Below are positions 41,461 to 54,263 of a stretch of 64,000 nucleotides of DNA, in pieces. This DNA comes from Tubiluchus corallicola. Taxonomy: Eukaryota > Animalia > Priapulida. Both the position numbers and the translations under genes were made by a program. The number at the start of each line of letters is the position of its first letter. Positions within the stretch are counted from its first letter, which is position 1. The notes beneath the pieces are model-generated. The model was given only the letters and a program-made list of their open reading frames with translations, searched no databases and was not told where the DNA came from. The stretch spans positions 280,514 through 344,513 of the forward strand of contig JAQGDQ010002384.1 of NCBI GenBank assembly GCA_030141605.1, written 5' to 3'.

Positions 41461-42593
41461 AAAATGAAATTATTTTTGTTTGTTTAATGAGATTATTCTT
41501 GTTTATTTAAACTTTAACTATGTTTCTGTGTTACAATAAATGAACTCAAAGCAGAAAATGCAGTTCCTTATATGTTTAAATTCCTGGCAAGAATAAGGGG
41601 GCATTTTATAGTACAATTCTAATGTTGTATATGTTAGATATCATGAAGCAATATAAATTTATCAGAATAGCTCATTGCCACACTTAAGATTTCTGGAAGT
41701 CAGTGATCAAAAGTTATATTACTGCATATTTTATTTAATAAAAACTTTAATTTGGAAACAATATGCAGCCAATAATATGTTAGAATCTTGCTTGTTTCTT
41801 TTGTCACATCAAACTCGCATGTACACAATCTCTAAGAACACTTAAATTGTTGCATGAGGTCTGTCTCAACAGTAAGAACAGCTACGTGTGAGAGTTTTCT
41901 ATACAATAGCTTACAATAACTGTACGATAAAATGATTTACTATTACCAGTTGACAGAGTACCAAAATGTGTAGAAATGAAGAAGTGAACTCATAAGATAT
42001 CATACTAAGTGCAGGTGATGCTACTCATTGTATAATAAATAAAAATTGGAAAAAGTCAAAAAGTTGATAAATCTTGTTGCTGTCTCAGTTGATGTGACTT
42101 ATCAAATGCACTTTCACTGTTTCCTTCATGCACTTTACTTAATCACAGCCTCTTTTTGTTGTTAGCTGATGTTATTTTGCGTAATTTGTTGTGATTTTTG
42201 TTATAAAGTTATGCAATTTGTTTTGTTTTTTTACAGAAGAAGTGGTAGTTTGTTAACATTCTACTTTATTTAATCTCATTTTAGGTGTCAGTTTATGTGC
42301 GTAATACATATTTATGGTAAAGTTTTTTCGTGTTAGGCTGCTTTAAAAAAATTTCTTATTGACAAATAAGAGAAATGCTCACCTACTATGCAAGCAATTA
42401 TTTAAGTCTTGCTAAAATTAATAAATGATCATGGCAGCAATTTATCGTTAAAAAAATTAACATTGTTAATACTAAATTACTAGCAAAATGAGCTTAACCA
42501 AGCCTAGCCCTAGGTGTCTGATATGAGAGTCGTCGTAAATACGCTGTCAACGCGTTGCCAAACGATCGGTTTTCCTGTTGAAGATATCCCGTT

Positions 42594-43313
42594 GTGGGAT
42601 GTGTGAAAAAGTGGGATGCATCGTGAGGGATATTTTAAATTTGAGTGATATAAACAAAATTGGTAGGTTTGCAATACAGATAAGGCTGAACCTCTTACAG
42701 TCAGTTATGATACTAGTGATTTATAATACAGAAACATGGAGTGAAGTAACAAAAGTAGAAATGGGTAGGATGGAAGAAATTCAGAAGGATATGTTACAAA
42801 AACTAGTAATTTATCACAGAAGGTGTCAACTAGTTATAGGGGTATGCTAATAGAACAGTGTACATAAGTATATACTGTAGGTATACACTTTGGGCATATT
42901 AAGACTCTTAAAAAGTTAACCTGGAAGAAACATGTAAAAGAAAACGTAAAAAAATTATTAAAATTACTGCACATCACCAGATATACTCAAGAACTAAGTT
43001 AAGGTTTTTATCTTATGAGCTGAGCACGATAAACCCAAGCAGTATATAACTGAGTTAACACTAGAACAGACAAAAAGGGTTTTAGAGATAAAGCTTAATA
43101 TGCTACCACTAAAATGTAATTATAGAAGTAAGTTTAAAGGAGATATATGGTGTCCGCTATATGGTAAAGACAGGATCTATTTAGATTGTTATAAGAAATG
43201 TGCTACCAACTACAGAAGTAAATTTCCAAAGTCTGATTGAGTCAGAAGATGCACAAATAGCAAAGCAGTAGGTGGAATTTGTTCAAATAGCAATGGAAAC
43301 AAGAAAAAGAAGA
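42594..43313 (+). mobile_element. Degenerate non-LTR retrotransposon C-terminal fragment (also ~56981-57700)
   Basis: IYNTETWS..TKVEMGRMEEIQKDMLQK and KLNMLPLKCNYRSKFKGDIWCPL(C)G-like translation with stops. Confidence 0.6.
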
Positions 43314-43649
43314 GGTGTCGTGCTGGAAATTTAGCTACAATAATAATAGTCATAAATGGTTGATTAGCATCAATGCTGATTACGTTACTTGTGTCTTGCG
43401 CGGTAACATTCCTTTGTGCCTATCTAACCAGATAGAGTTAACACCGAGGAAACAACGAAACAACATGTGCTTACTGGAGAACCGCAACTGCCGCGACATG
43501 ACATAGAGGAAGTTGAGGAACTGCAAGATGTAAAATGTACAACAGTCGTCGTATAGAAAAATATAATCTTAAAGTGAACAATACAAAGACCAAAGAATAC
43601 GTTATACCCACTGCTAATTTAAACATCAACAATTCTTCCTAAATATCTT

Positions 43650-44300
43650 TTAATGACACAGATAAAGTCAAGGAATACATTATTTAAAAATGTGTATAGT
43701 TACCAGTCTCATGAAGAAGTGAAACAGCTTTGTACAAAAATGGGCAAATTTTCCAGGATTTCAAACATGTGGTGTAGATGAAATTGATAAAATGCATCTG
43801 AATTGCATATTAAAAGAATTTTGTAATAAACTTAAATCAATGTACAGAAAACTATTTTTTACAAAGCTACATAATGATCCTAGACACAGTGATGGCAAAA
43901 ACAAACTAAGATTTTATAGATATGTAAAAATCAATAATGAATTAGAAGATTATTTCAAAATTATTTCTAATGAGAAACAGCGACAAATGATTACGAAATT
44001 ACATAACAGCGAATATGACCTGGAAATAGAACGATTTAGATATCAAAATAAAAAAGGGCATGAAAGGCTTTGTCAATACTGTCACAACAATAGCTCAAAA
44101 TTAGTAGAAAACAAATTATATTACCTTTTTACTTGTCTTTTGTATAAAGATATTAGACAAAAATATGAGCATAAATATATCTTTGCAAAAAGGTAACATA
44201 TACTCAGTAATGTGGTTTTTTTCTAATTGCAAACCCAGAAGACCTTATTCACTTTGGAAACTGCTTAAATGAATGTGATAAAAAAGGCAGTTATATCTTG
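43650..44300 (+). mobile_element. Non-LTR retrotransposon 3' fragment with degenerate zinc-knuckle region (also ~58040-58690)
   Basis: NKLRFYRYVK...RQMITKL.NSEYDLEIERFRY...ERLCQYC...VENKLYYLFTCLLYKDIR, the usual LINE ORF2 C-terminal pattern. Confidence 0.75.
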
Positions 44301-45214
44301 GTGGTAATCTGTGAGTGCTGGATAAACCTTGTGCTGTGATTGTGTAATTTAATCTCGTTTGTGATTATATTAATTATTTAGGTTTTGTGTTTTTACTACT
44401 ACTTTGTAGTTGTAGCATAAAGTTTTATTTCGTAAGAGCACATAATTTCTTATTAGATTTAAGTAAGTTGTACAAACTCGTGGTTTTGCAATGTTGCATA
44501 ATTGCATCTGTATTTGTTGTTTTTCGTGTTTCTTGTACTTTGACTTTTTTGCAATTGTAATTTTTTGCCATGATACGCTATTGTATTTGTGCAATAGAAC
44601 AAAATTGAAATTGAAGATGCGGTAATGATTCGTGGAAAAGATGTAAATAACTTGGTAACTTGTAAGACACCGATGCCCACATACAAAGAAGGAAAATTCT
44701 TAAATTGTCTGCTTATTCACATATCTCAATGATTTTTGATAACAATAGACTTTCTCTTGAAACCAGAGTCCGGATTCTTTCAACTTTAGTTGAATCTGTG
44801 TTTTTGTACACTGCTGAGCTATGGACAATAAAAGTTAAGCAACAGAAGGACAGTTGATGCTTTTCGAAGACGTCTCTATAGGAAATTACTCGCAATTAAA
44901 TCGCCTGATAGAATATCCAATGATGATCTGTATAATGCAGTCAAGAAGATTCCTGGTAGTAGACAAATACAAGTAAGAAAATTGCTTTGGATTGGGCACA
45001 CACTAACAGTAAGATTACCTCCTCTTCCTATGGTATTGCATAAAGCTCTTGAAACGACAAAAAACCAAGAGGCTGTCAACTAGGCTGACGTATTTAGGTT
45101 TTTGGTACAGATTTATGATCTAACATGTACATTAGGCAATTTGATACAGACATCATACTATATTCAAAATTTGTAGCTGCATATTTGCCATTAGTTTCTA
45201 CTCAACAGACCAAG

Positions 45215-48200
45215 ATGACAAGTTTAAATAAGGGATGCACTTTGCCTTTATATGTGGTGGATGCTTTCACAAGCCAGGCATTTGCTGGAAATGCTGCTGC
45301 TGTATGTCTAGTGTCACACAATCAGGTAAATTAATGATGATCTGTCATTAACAAACTTTTCGTCTTAATTTGTTTTCAGCTATTTTTATTGCACTGTTCT
45401 TCACTGCAAATAACTTGTGGTCCTGTAGCACAAACTCAGTCAATGTATGTGTCTTAATCGCACTCTTATTTATGTAAAGATATGAGTTTTTAACTACTAA
45501 CTGATAATGTTTTTGTTATTTATTTATGTGATTAACTCAATGAATTAACTGTGTTACAATAAATAAATCATTATATTATAATATTTAAATCGCAGGCTTG
45601 CATAATAAAAATCACTGGTTTATTTTTAGAAATATTGAAACAAATTTAACAAGTTAGTTGAAAACAAAAGTGTCCATTTAGTCACAGCTGAAATCAATTT
45701 GTAATCAATTAAACTTATAACATCAGTCATAATAATGTCAGGATAATGGTGACTGTGCCTTTAAGTTATGTTTGTATTTGGATCTATTATAATAGTAGGT
45801 GTTTTTCATGAAGATTTAGTATAATTTTAAGTGACAATTACAATGAGTATCAATGCAGAAAATGCATTTTGTTGTTGTTGTTGTTGTTGTTTCCGTTTCT
45901 ACGGAGGCTTTGTAGTTTCTTTCTGCAATTCGAATAGATATTCTGAGTATTATTTGAACTGTACAAAACAGGAGATATGTTATATGTTCAAAATCTATTC
46001 CAAACAGTCCGAAGGCTGTGTTGTTTTTATTAGTTGAATTGTGGTGTAATCTGCATTTCTTGGGTTATATTATTAAATGGCTGTAGACATTGTGATGTAT
46101 ATAGTCATTCGGTTATTCTATTTTAGGTAATCGACGATGCAAAAATGCAAAAAATTGCTTTCGAAATGAACTTGTCGGAAACCTGTTTCATTGCACTGCC
46201 AACAGAAAACGATTCGTTCAAGAATTCTTCCCGGTTTGGCCTGCGATGGTTTACCCCTGCCTGTGAAATCCAACTGTGTGGTCATGCCACTCTTGCTGCT
46301 GCCACGGTGCTTTTCTCTTGTGTTGGTAAGTTTGCTAAGCAGGACAGAAATGTAAATCTAGAAGCTGAACCTGAGTCAGTGCTACTACATCAGCTGACAC
46401 TCACAGTAAATCAGCCAGCTGGAGTTCACCATTAAGAATGACAGATTTTGATTCTTATGTCCTGCAGCAACAATTTAGCGTTAGTTTGAATAGTTTTATT
46501 TGTGAACTGGCTTAAGTGATTCGACAGCACACCCCTTTATATGCCATATATCTCTCTATATCTCTCATATTTTATGTACTCACAATGTTAAAAAAAATCT
46601 CCTGGCTTATAATCTGGCAACTCTAGCAATGGATTTATTGCAAATATAATTTAAATCCAACCCTTGGCAAGGCTTATCTGGATTACCAACAAATCAATAC
46701 TAAAATACCAAAATGATCCAATACGTGTGGCTAATGTTGCCTATTTGTGCATTTTATTTAATTTTGAATTGACTGCTTTCTCATTCAAATATTTCTGAAG
46801 TTTAGTATCTCTGCCAGCACACGTACAATATGACCGCATTGCGACCAGTGATTTCATCATCATCATAAGCCCGTTATGTCAATTGTAGACATTGGGCAGG
46901 CAGAACTCTAAAATAAAAGAAATCTGCCCTCAAAACAGGTAAACACAGCAGTAATCTAGCAAAAAAACTGGACACTGCTATGCCAGTGACTTGTTCGCAA
47001 GAGCAAAAATCTTCACAGCTGGCAAAAATGTCAGCTACCTCGACTTCCGTCACCGAGCGGCTGGCACGACTAAAGCTGGGTTTCTTATCTGCTAGGTCGC
47101 CTGTAGAAATAAACCGACTGGAGCTGAGCTGAAGCGGTATGGCTCTGGCTTCTATGTCGATCCCTTAAGTATTTTTCACGTTGTCTTGAAAATCAGGGAG
47201 TTTTTATTTGCCAACCTAATACCAAACGAATTCACTGTGAATTTATTTGTGTGCTAATGCGTTTACTTCAAATAAGCTTCCATGCAGTTTTGCTTTTTTT
47301 CTTCTATTGTTTTTTTAGATTGTGTGCCTTTTTTGCATTTTAGGACTTAAAGCATTCCGCTGTTTTCAGTTCTCATCATATTTGGCATTTTCTTAGGAGA
47401 CTGTCAGCTTTCCCTTCTTTTCATCTGCACTTTAAAAAATTGGAAAAGGAAAATAGTGCCTGTTAACCATATTCTAAACCATATTCTATTCCAATAATGA
47501 AATTACAATTAGGCATTGCAATATTTGATTGTATTGCTAATCCACTAATGCTACGATTAGGCTCTAAATATTTGTGAAATTGATAATCATTATGATAGGG
47601 GGGTCTGAAATTAAAAGGCAGCTAGTGAATATATCTACAGCTATGTAAATTATTACAGGTAACGAATTTACAGAGATTACATTTGATACGCTAAGTGGAC
47701 CACTTGTTGCCAGAAAAAAAGAGGACAATTTTATTCTGCTAGATTTTCCTGCTAATCCAACTATTAGTGTTAACAAGGAAAATGTTAAAGATCTTTTAAA
47801 GGTACCTACTGTTTTGAATGACCTGTAAAACAAGTTTGCCTGGGTTTTTGTTGTAAGTAATTTTATCATTGAAGCTTTTAGCAGGTAGGTGGTTGACAGT
47901 TTGGAAGACATTCTGACGCCTTGGTATATTTATGTATTTTAGGAAATTTCCGGCGTTACTTGTTTTAACTGTGTGTGCTGGCCATGTTTTTCAAATGTAT
48001 CATATGGGCTGTTTTTTTTTGGCCAATAGCTAAATTGCATCTTTGCACAGACTTTTTTGAAGGCATATTACTTAGTATTATCTTACTTGTATTACTTAGT
48101 ATTACGCTTTCTTGCCTGCAATACTCATGTAAATAGAAAAGACACATTTTCTAGCTTTATGTAAGTAAAGGGCTTTCTTGCCTTTTATGACAATTTTTTG

Positions 48201-51200
48201 GTGTTTTAATTAATCCTATTCAGTTTTCGAATTTGCCTGAAGAGGGGAGACAGCATGAGAGGAACATGGAAACTATTCAAAGGTGGGATGGGGGTGGGGG
48301 GGTGGGGGGTTACAGTAATGGTGGCAGTGAAGCACTTGCTGTTACTTTAATGTTTCTTTTTACTGGCTGTTACACACACGTGCATGCACGCACGCGCACA
48401 CACACACCCACACACACGCACTGTTACATAATATAGTAAAATATATCATATCACTCTTTTCGGTGATTCTAGATTGCATAGCACTCCTACAATAGGACTA
48501 GTTGAAGTTTAGCAAACAACTATCACAATTACTAACCTGACATTCTGTGCATTAAATTTAGAAATCCACAGATTAAAGATACGAGACAATGCCGCTATGA
48601 TAAAACTAAGGGTGCATTCAGACTAGCGAGTTTTCTGTTGGGAGTTTTTCTCTAACACCAAACTTGCAAGTGTGAACTGCTTTGCGAGTTACTATCGACA
48701 AGTCATTGCACACTTTCAGACAGTTGCTACGAAATGATTTCCTGTTTAGTGTGAACAGTCTCAGCGAGTTACTCTTGACACGGCTCCCAGTGAATAGAGG
48801 AGGAGTATCAGCTGGTGCTTACTTCATGTTGGAGAATTTTGTTCTTTAGTCTGAACGTGCTTGCGAGTTACTTGGCGAGAAAATTTGTTAGTATGAATGC
48901 TTCATTACTCTCAAAAGCAGTGCGACAAAATATCAACATTCTTGCAACAGTCAAGTCATCTAAATTCTTCTTTGTAAAAAGTATTTTGGTCCGAACTTTA
49001 ATACACTGTAGAATCTTATGTGAATGTTTTTTATAATACAGGTACTTGTTGGAGATTTACCTATTGTTGATGTGGAGTATGCTCCTGTTATACAACAAAT
49101 GATTGTGTGTCTTCAAGATTCTGTGTCCAGGTGTGCATGTTGATAATTTTTTATTTGGTTTGTCGTGTGTCATTCGTTTTGCACTTTTCATTAGCTTTCA
49201 TGTTATTATACATACTATAAAATTGCTGCAAATTGTACAAATCTGCAATTAATCTCTATTTCTATGAAGTGTGTTTGTGTATGTTTGTTTATTTGTTTGC
49301 TATAAAGTCCTGTTTTACTTATTTAACTTCAAATTTGGTCTATTAAGTTGCTAATACATCACACTCCCCATTGAATTATGGGATATGTACAGTTATGTGT
49401 AGAAATCAATTAACAAAAGCTGAAGACAGTCTACTTTTTAACTTTTGGCAGGAGCTCTACTTACATGAAAAAGAATTTAAAATACACTATGTTTCAGTCC
49501 ATTGTTGGGTTCAAATTCTGATTGGATGAAAATTTTTCATTGTCTCATTCTTCATTCATTAGTCATTGATGTTATTATTGTTGTAAGTATAAGGCTTCAT
49601 GTGTGTGTGTGTTTTACCTTCAGGTAAAAGGAAAAAGTTATGTGAGTAGCAAGTACATGTTTGCTGCATGTCTGGTGCTCTTAGCATTGTGCTAAAATGT
49701 GTTATTTTTAGTCTACTTCTTTTGTAATCTTTGCTGTGCTGCTTGTGGTTGTATTGTACAGTGTCCAGAAAGGTAATCCCCCACTTTGCCAGTTATCTTT
49801 TTGCCAGTCTACTTTTTCACCAGTCTACTTTTTTGCTAGTCTACTTTTTTGCCAGTCTACTTTTTCGCTAGTCTATTTTTTGCCAGTTTTCTTTTTCGCC
49901 ATTCCACTTTTTCACCTCTCCACTTTTTCGCCAGTCTTCTTTTTTGCTAGTCTATTTTTTGCCAGTTTTATTTTTCGCCATTCCACTTTTTCGCCAGTCT
50001 TCTTTTTTGCCAGTTTTCTTTTTCGCCAGTCTTCTTTTTCGCCAGTCTTCTTTTTCGCCAGTCTATTTTTTGCCAGTCTACTTTTTCGCCAGTCTACTTT
50101 TTCGCCAGTTTTCTTTTTCGCCGGTCCACTTTTTTGCCAGTCTTCTTTTTTGCCAGTTTTCTTTTTCGCCAGTCTTCTTTTTCGCCAGTCTTCTTTTTCG
50201 CCAGTCTATTTTTTGCCAGTCTACTTTTTCGCCAGTCTACTTTTTCGCCAGTTTTCTTTTTCGCCGGTCCACTTTTTTGCCGGTCCACTTTTTCCCCGGT
50301 CCACTTTTTCCCCGGTCCACTTTTTCGCCAGTCTTCTTTTTGCCGGTTTTCTTTTTCGCCGATTTTCTTTTTCGCCAGTCTTCTTTTTCGCCAGTCTACT
50401 TTTTCGCCATTCTACTTTTTTGCCAGTTTTCTTTTTTGCCAGTCTTCTTTTTTGCCGGTCCACTTTTTTGCCAGTCCACTTCGTTAGGTTAATAATGATT
50501 AACAATGAAGACTTGACGCTTTAAATGCTTTGTGAACGGAAGATATAAATCCTACAGAGCGTGCCATATATCACTGGATTTGCACTGAAATGATGAATCT
50601 GATGCACTGTGCCAAAATCGCGAGTCCAATCGAAAATTTAACATTCAGAATCTGCTGTTATTTTCATTCTGAGATGTTTAGTTTCCGAGATATGCACCTT
50701 TTTGGAATAACTTAAAAATATACATAGCTAGTCCACCAAATTTAGTATGCTTGTAGTTAGGGTAGAGGGCCACCTCAGGTTGTGACCCTGTGACCCTCCT
50801 GAGTTATAACCCAAAAATCATCAAAAGAGGTCTATTTTTGAGAAATAGTTACTCCTGCAGGAAGCGCCATCTATTCAAACGAAAAAAAACATGAAAGTAC
50901 TATGCCTTGGCTATCAGTAACTTGCTTAGCTTTGTCGAACACTGAACCATTGCCCTTTTACAATGCCACAAACATGCCATTGTCTGTATAATGCTTAATA
51001 TACTTAACATATACGACAGTTGCAAAGATTAGTATCTTCAATACTAATGAATAAAAGTATCATCACCATGTTCGAATGCATATACATTGTACGTTCTTTG
51101 TCACTCAGGTTAATAGTGAGTGGGGGCAACCGGCAACCAGTTTTTTAAATGACTATCAATTCATTTAGTGAGCAGGTCCCATGTTGCTTAATTTTGCAGC

Positions 51201-54200
51201 TAATGACACACTGTGAGCAACAAGCTAATTCTGTCATTCATGATGAAGCAATAAAGATACATTTATTTTCAGGGAGATGTTGGAGGCAAGAGCACCGGAT
51301 AGTTTTGCTCTTCCTGCAGCTAACACGTCCCAGATGAAACTGCACGGTGTCCACTTGACGGTTAAAGCTCCGGCCGACTCCGGCTACGACTTTTATTCCC
51401 GCTGTTTTTTTCCCTGGGATGGACTGCTTGAAGATCCAGTTTGTGGTAAACAATGTGCATTGTTTATGTAAGAATGAATGGACATACTATTTAAATATAT
51501 GAATTAATTATAATTATCTTTGCTTTAAAGTAAAGCTAAACAAAAGAAATTATGTTTATTATTCAACCGTCAGTTGCTACCACACCAGCTGACTCACACA
51601 GTAAATTAGCTAGCTGAGTAAAAAGTTAAAAAGAGCTTCTGGGGAATGTTCTCGATGTGCTCCATTTTGCAGTGTCTATGTTTGCCAGTAAGTGGCGTAT
51701 CTACTGGTGTTCTTTTGTAACCGGGGCGAAAGACACAGGCAAGGTTTGGAGTGGAAAACAGATAGAGTATCGGCAGTGGGACTGATACAGGAAAGTTGTA
51801 GGGTGTGAAGAGAACCACCTAAACTGCAAGGGTGCCCAAATCAATACCAAAACACTAAAATGATCCCACACGTGTGTCTAACGTTGCATATTTGTGTGTT
51901 TAATTTTGAATTGACTGCTTTCTCATTAAAAAATTTTTCAAAGTTAGTATCTCTGCCAGCACACGCACACAGTATGACCACGAATCCATACTGCATTTGC
52001 CATATTTCACCCAGTGATTTCGTCATCATCACATGCCCGTTATGTCAGTTGTAGACATTGCGTAGGCAGAACTCTAAAATAAAAGAAATCTACCCTCAAG
52101 ACAGGTAAACACAGCAGTAATCCAGCAAAAACTAGACACTGCTATGGCAGTGGCTTGTTCGCAAGAGCTAAAATCTTCGCAGCTGGCAAAAATGTCGGCT
52201 GGCTCCACTTCCATCTCTGAGCAGCTGGCGCGACTAAAGCTGCGTTTCTTATCGGCTAGGTCGACTGTAGAAGTGAATTGCCTGGAGTTCAGCTGAAACG
52301 ACATGGCTCTGGCCTCTAGTTTTAAGATGAAGATTAGTTTTAGTTTTGTTCTGTTTTAGTCTTACATTTTCTGTCTTAAGTCTGACTGAAAATCACTATG
52401 TCACTGAAGGAGTTGCCAGTTTTATGGTTTTTCTGTTCTAGTGCAGAAGGACTAATGTGGTAATAGTTCCAGTGAATAAAGTATACATTGTAGGCCTGAT
52501 TTTCAAAAACATGAAATGTTTTTTTCAAAAACATGAAAAGCCTATCTTAATTCATTATGTTTGCATGTTTAAAGTTTGCAATGTTTGATGCCAGTAATCT
52601 TCAACTAATTTCTGACTATGTTAGGGTCGGCTCACACTGTATTTGGTTGTTACTGGCAAAAAGTGCTGGGAAAATCAACTTTTCAAGGTAGGATAATTTG
52701 GTGCTTTATGACGTTTATTGTAATTTAACTTATGATGCTTATTCGTTTATGATCTGATTTTGTGTGTTTTTCAGTATGTCAGTAGATCTCAATTTAAATT
52801 CTGTGCAAGATTATTACCATGCTGACAAAGAGCGATATAGGTTCGATTTACTTAATATTGTGCAGCACACTGTAATTCAATGTGTGTAAAGTCCTCGAAA
52901 GGTTAAAAAATGAAAATTTCCAGCCATTGTAAATAACTGTATCTTAATTGACACAATTTTTCACAAAAAATTACAGAATGCTAGAAAATATAATTGTTAT
53001 TTTGAACAATATATATTTTTAGTGGCCAGTCACAAAGTATAATTACTGCCCTGCAATACCATATCACATAGACTTGTGCAGCATATGTTACCGGAACAGT
53101 ATCTTGCTTAACCCTTTTACCGCCTCCATGATGTACTATTATGTCTATTTTTTGAACTGGCTTATGCCTATTTGACATACATATTTATCATTAATATCTA
53201 GCACTCCATTTAAACTCTGGCGAAGTGTATTATCGCTTAGTCTAGTACGTTTAGACAGCTAGCAGGGCCCAGCACAGCTCCAGGAATATGTGTGAACTGA
53301 GTTTGACCTTATTTCCTTGGCTACATAGCACATCTGCTATGTACATATATGTCTTCGACTGTGAGTTCTGCATCATTTGAAATTTGCTGTTTTTGCACAT
53401 TTGTATTATTATTAATAATAATCTTTTATTCGTATAAAAATTTTTATACAGCAATGTAGTTTTAGTATAAATAATTAATACAATGAAAAATAATTTTTGT
53501 TAGTAATTAAAAAACAAGAGATTTAGAGATTTTAAGACAATTTTCAGCAAAAAGTTTAAAGATTTGATAGTTTTGTAGGTTTTAATGCATATGCACACTC
53601 TCTTACTTATTTTCCAGACGATGGACCTATATATATATGTTCTAAACATTCTTGGTAGATATATAAAAATGATCTGTAAAGGGATTATTATTCTTGTACA
53701 CAATTCTACGTGATTTTAGGGCTTTTGGTTTTTGCATGTATTTTACTTTTGATAAATGTATACCAAAACAAATATGTTATTAATTGTGACTTGCACAAGT
53801 TGATTTTCGGGCTGAATTTAGGTGCTGAAGCTGTTTCACTTGCATGACATTATAATTTTGCTTTGGAGGTTCATTTATTGATCTAAATTCAGTTTCATGT
53901 GCAGTTTCATATCACCATATTGCCTCATTTGCAAATAAATATAAAACATAAACAAGTAAGTAAATATATAGGCCTAATAAATTTCCGTGAATGAATGTAA
54001 TGATTGATTGAATGAATGAATGAATGAATAGGTGGGTGCATCATTGATTTTTATTTCGCTTGTTGAAATCATCTCTTTGTTTCTTATGAACAATACCAAA
54101 GTAAAGTTGCAAAGTTGTTATTTTGTCATGTGCTTTGTGCGTTTTTGTAGCTCGTCAGTGCTCAAAAAGAGGAGGAGATGTCTACGTGAATGTACGAGAA

Positions 54201-54263
54201 GACAAAAGAGTCGAGATTGGAGGCAAGTCTGTAGTCATTATAGAAGGAAAGATCCATTTGTAG
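45215..54263 (+). CDS. PBLD: PhzF/PBLD-family protein, copy 2, 296 aa
   Basis: Exons 45215-45325, 46127-46325, 47659-47801, 49042-49130, 51273-51445, 52625-52687, 54151-54263; open frame; retains EMNLSET, LCGHAT and EDPVCGSAH. Confidence 0.94.
49788..50482. repeat. 16-bp minisatellite (~43 units, consensus CCAGTCTWCTTTTTCG) in intron 4 of copy 2
   Basis: Direct inspection. The 16-bp period gives the frame-cycling RQSSFSPVFFFASLLF pseudo-ORFs. Confidence 0.95.

Noticed and set aside
49736-50524. Overlapping Phe-rich/Lys-rich ORFs on both strands
   Set aside because: Artefact of a stop-free 16-bp minisatellite.
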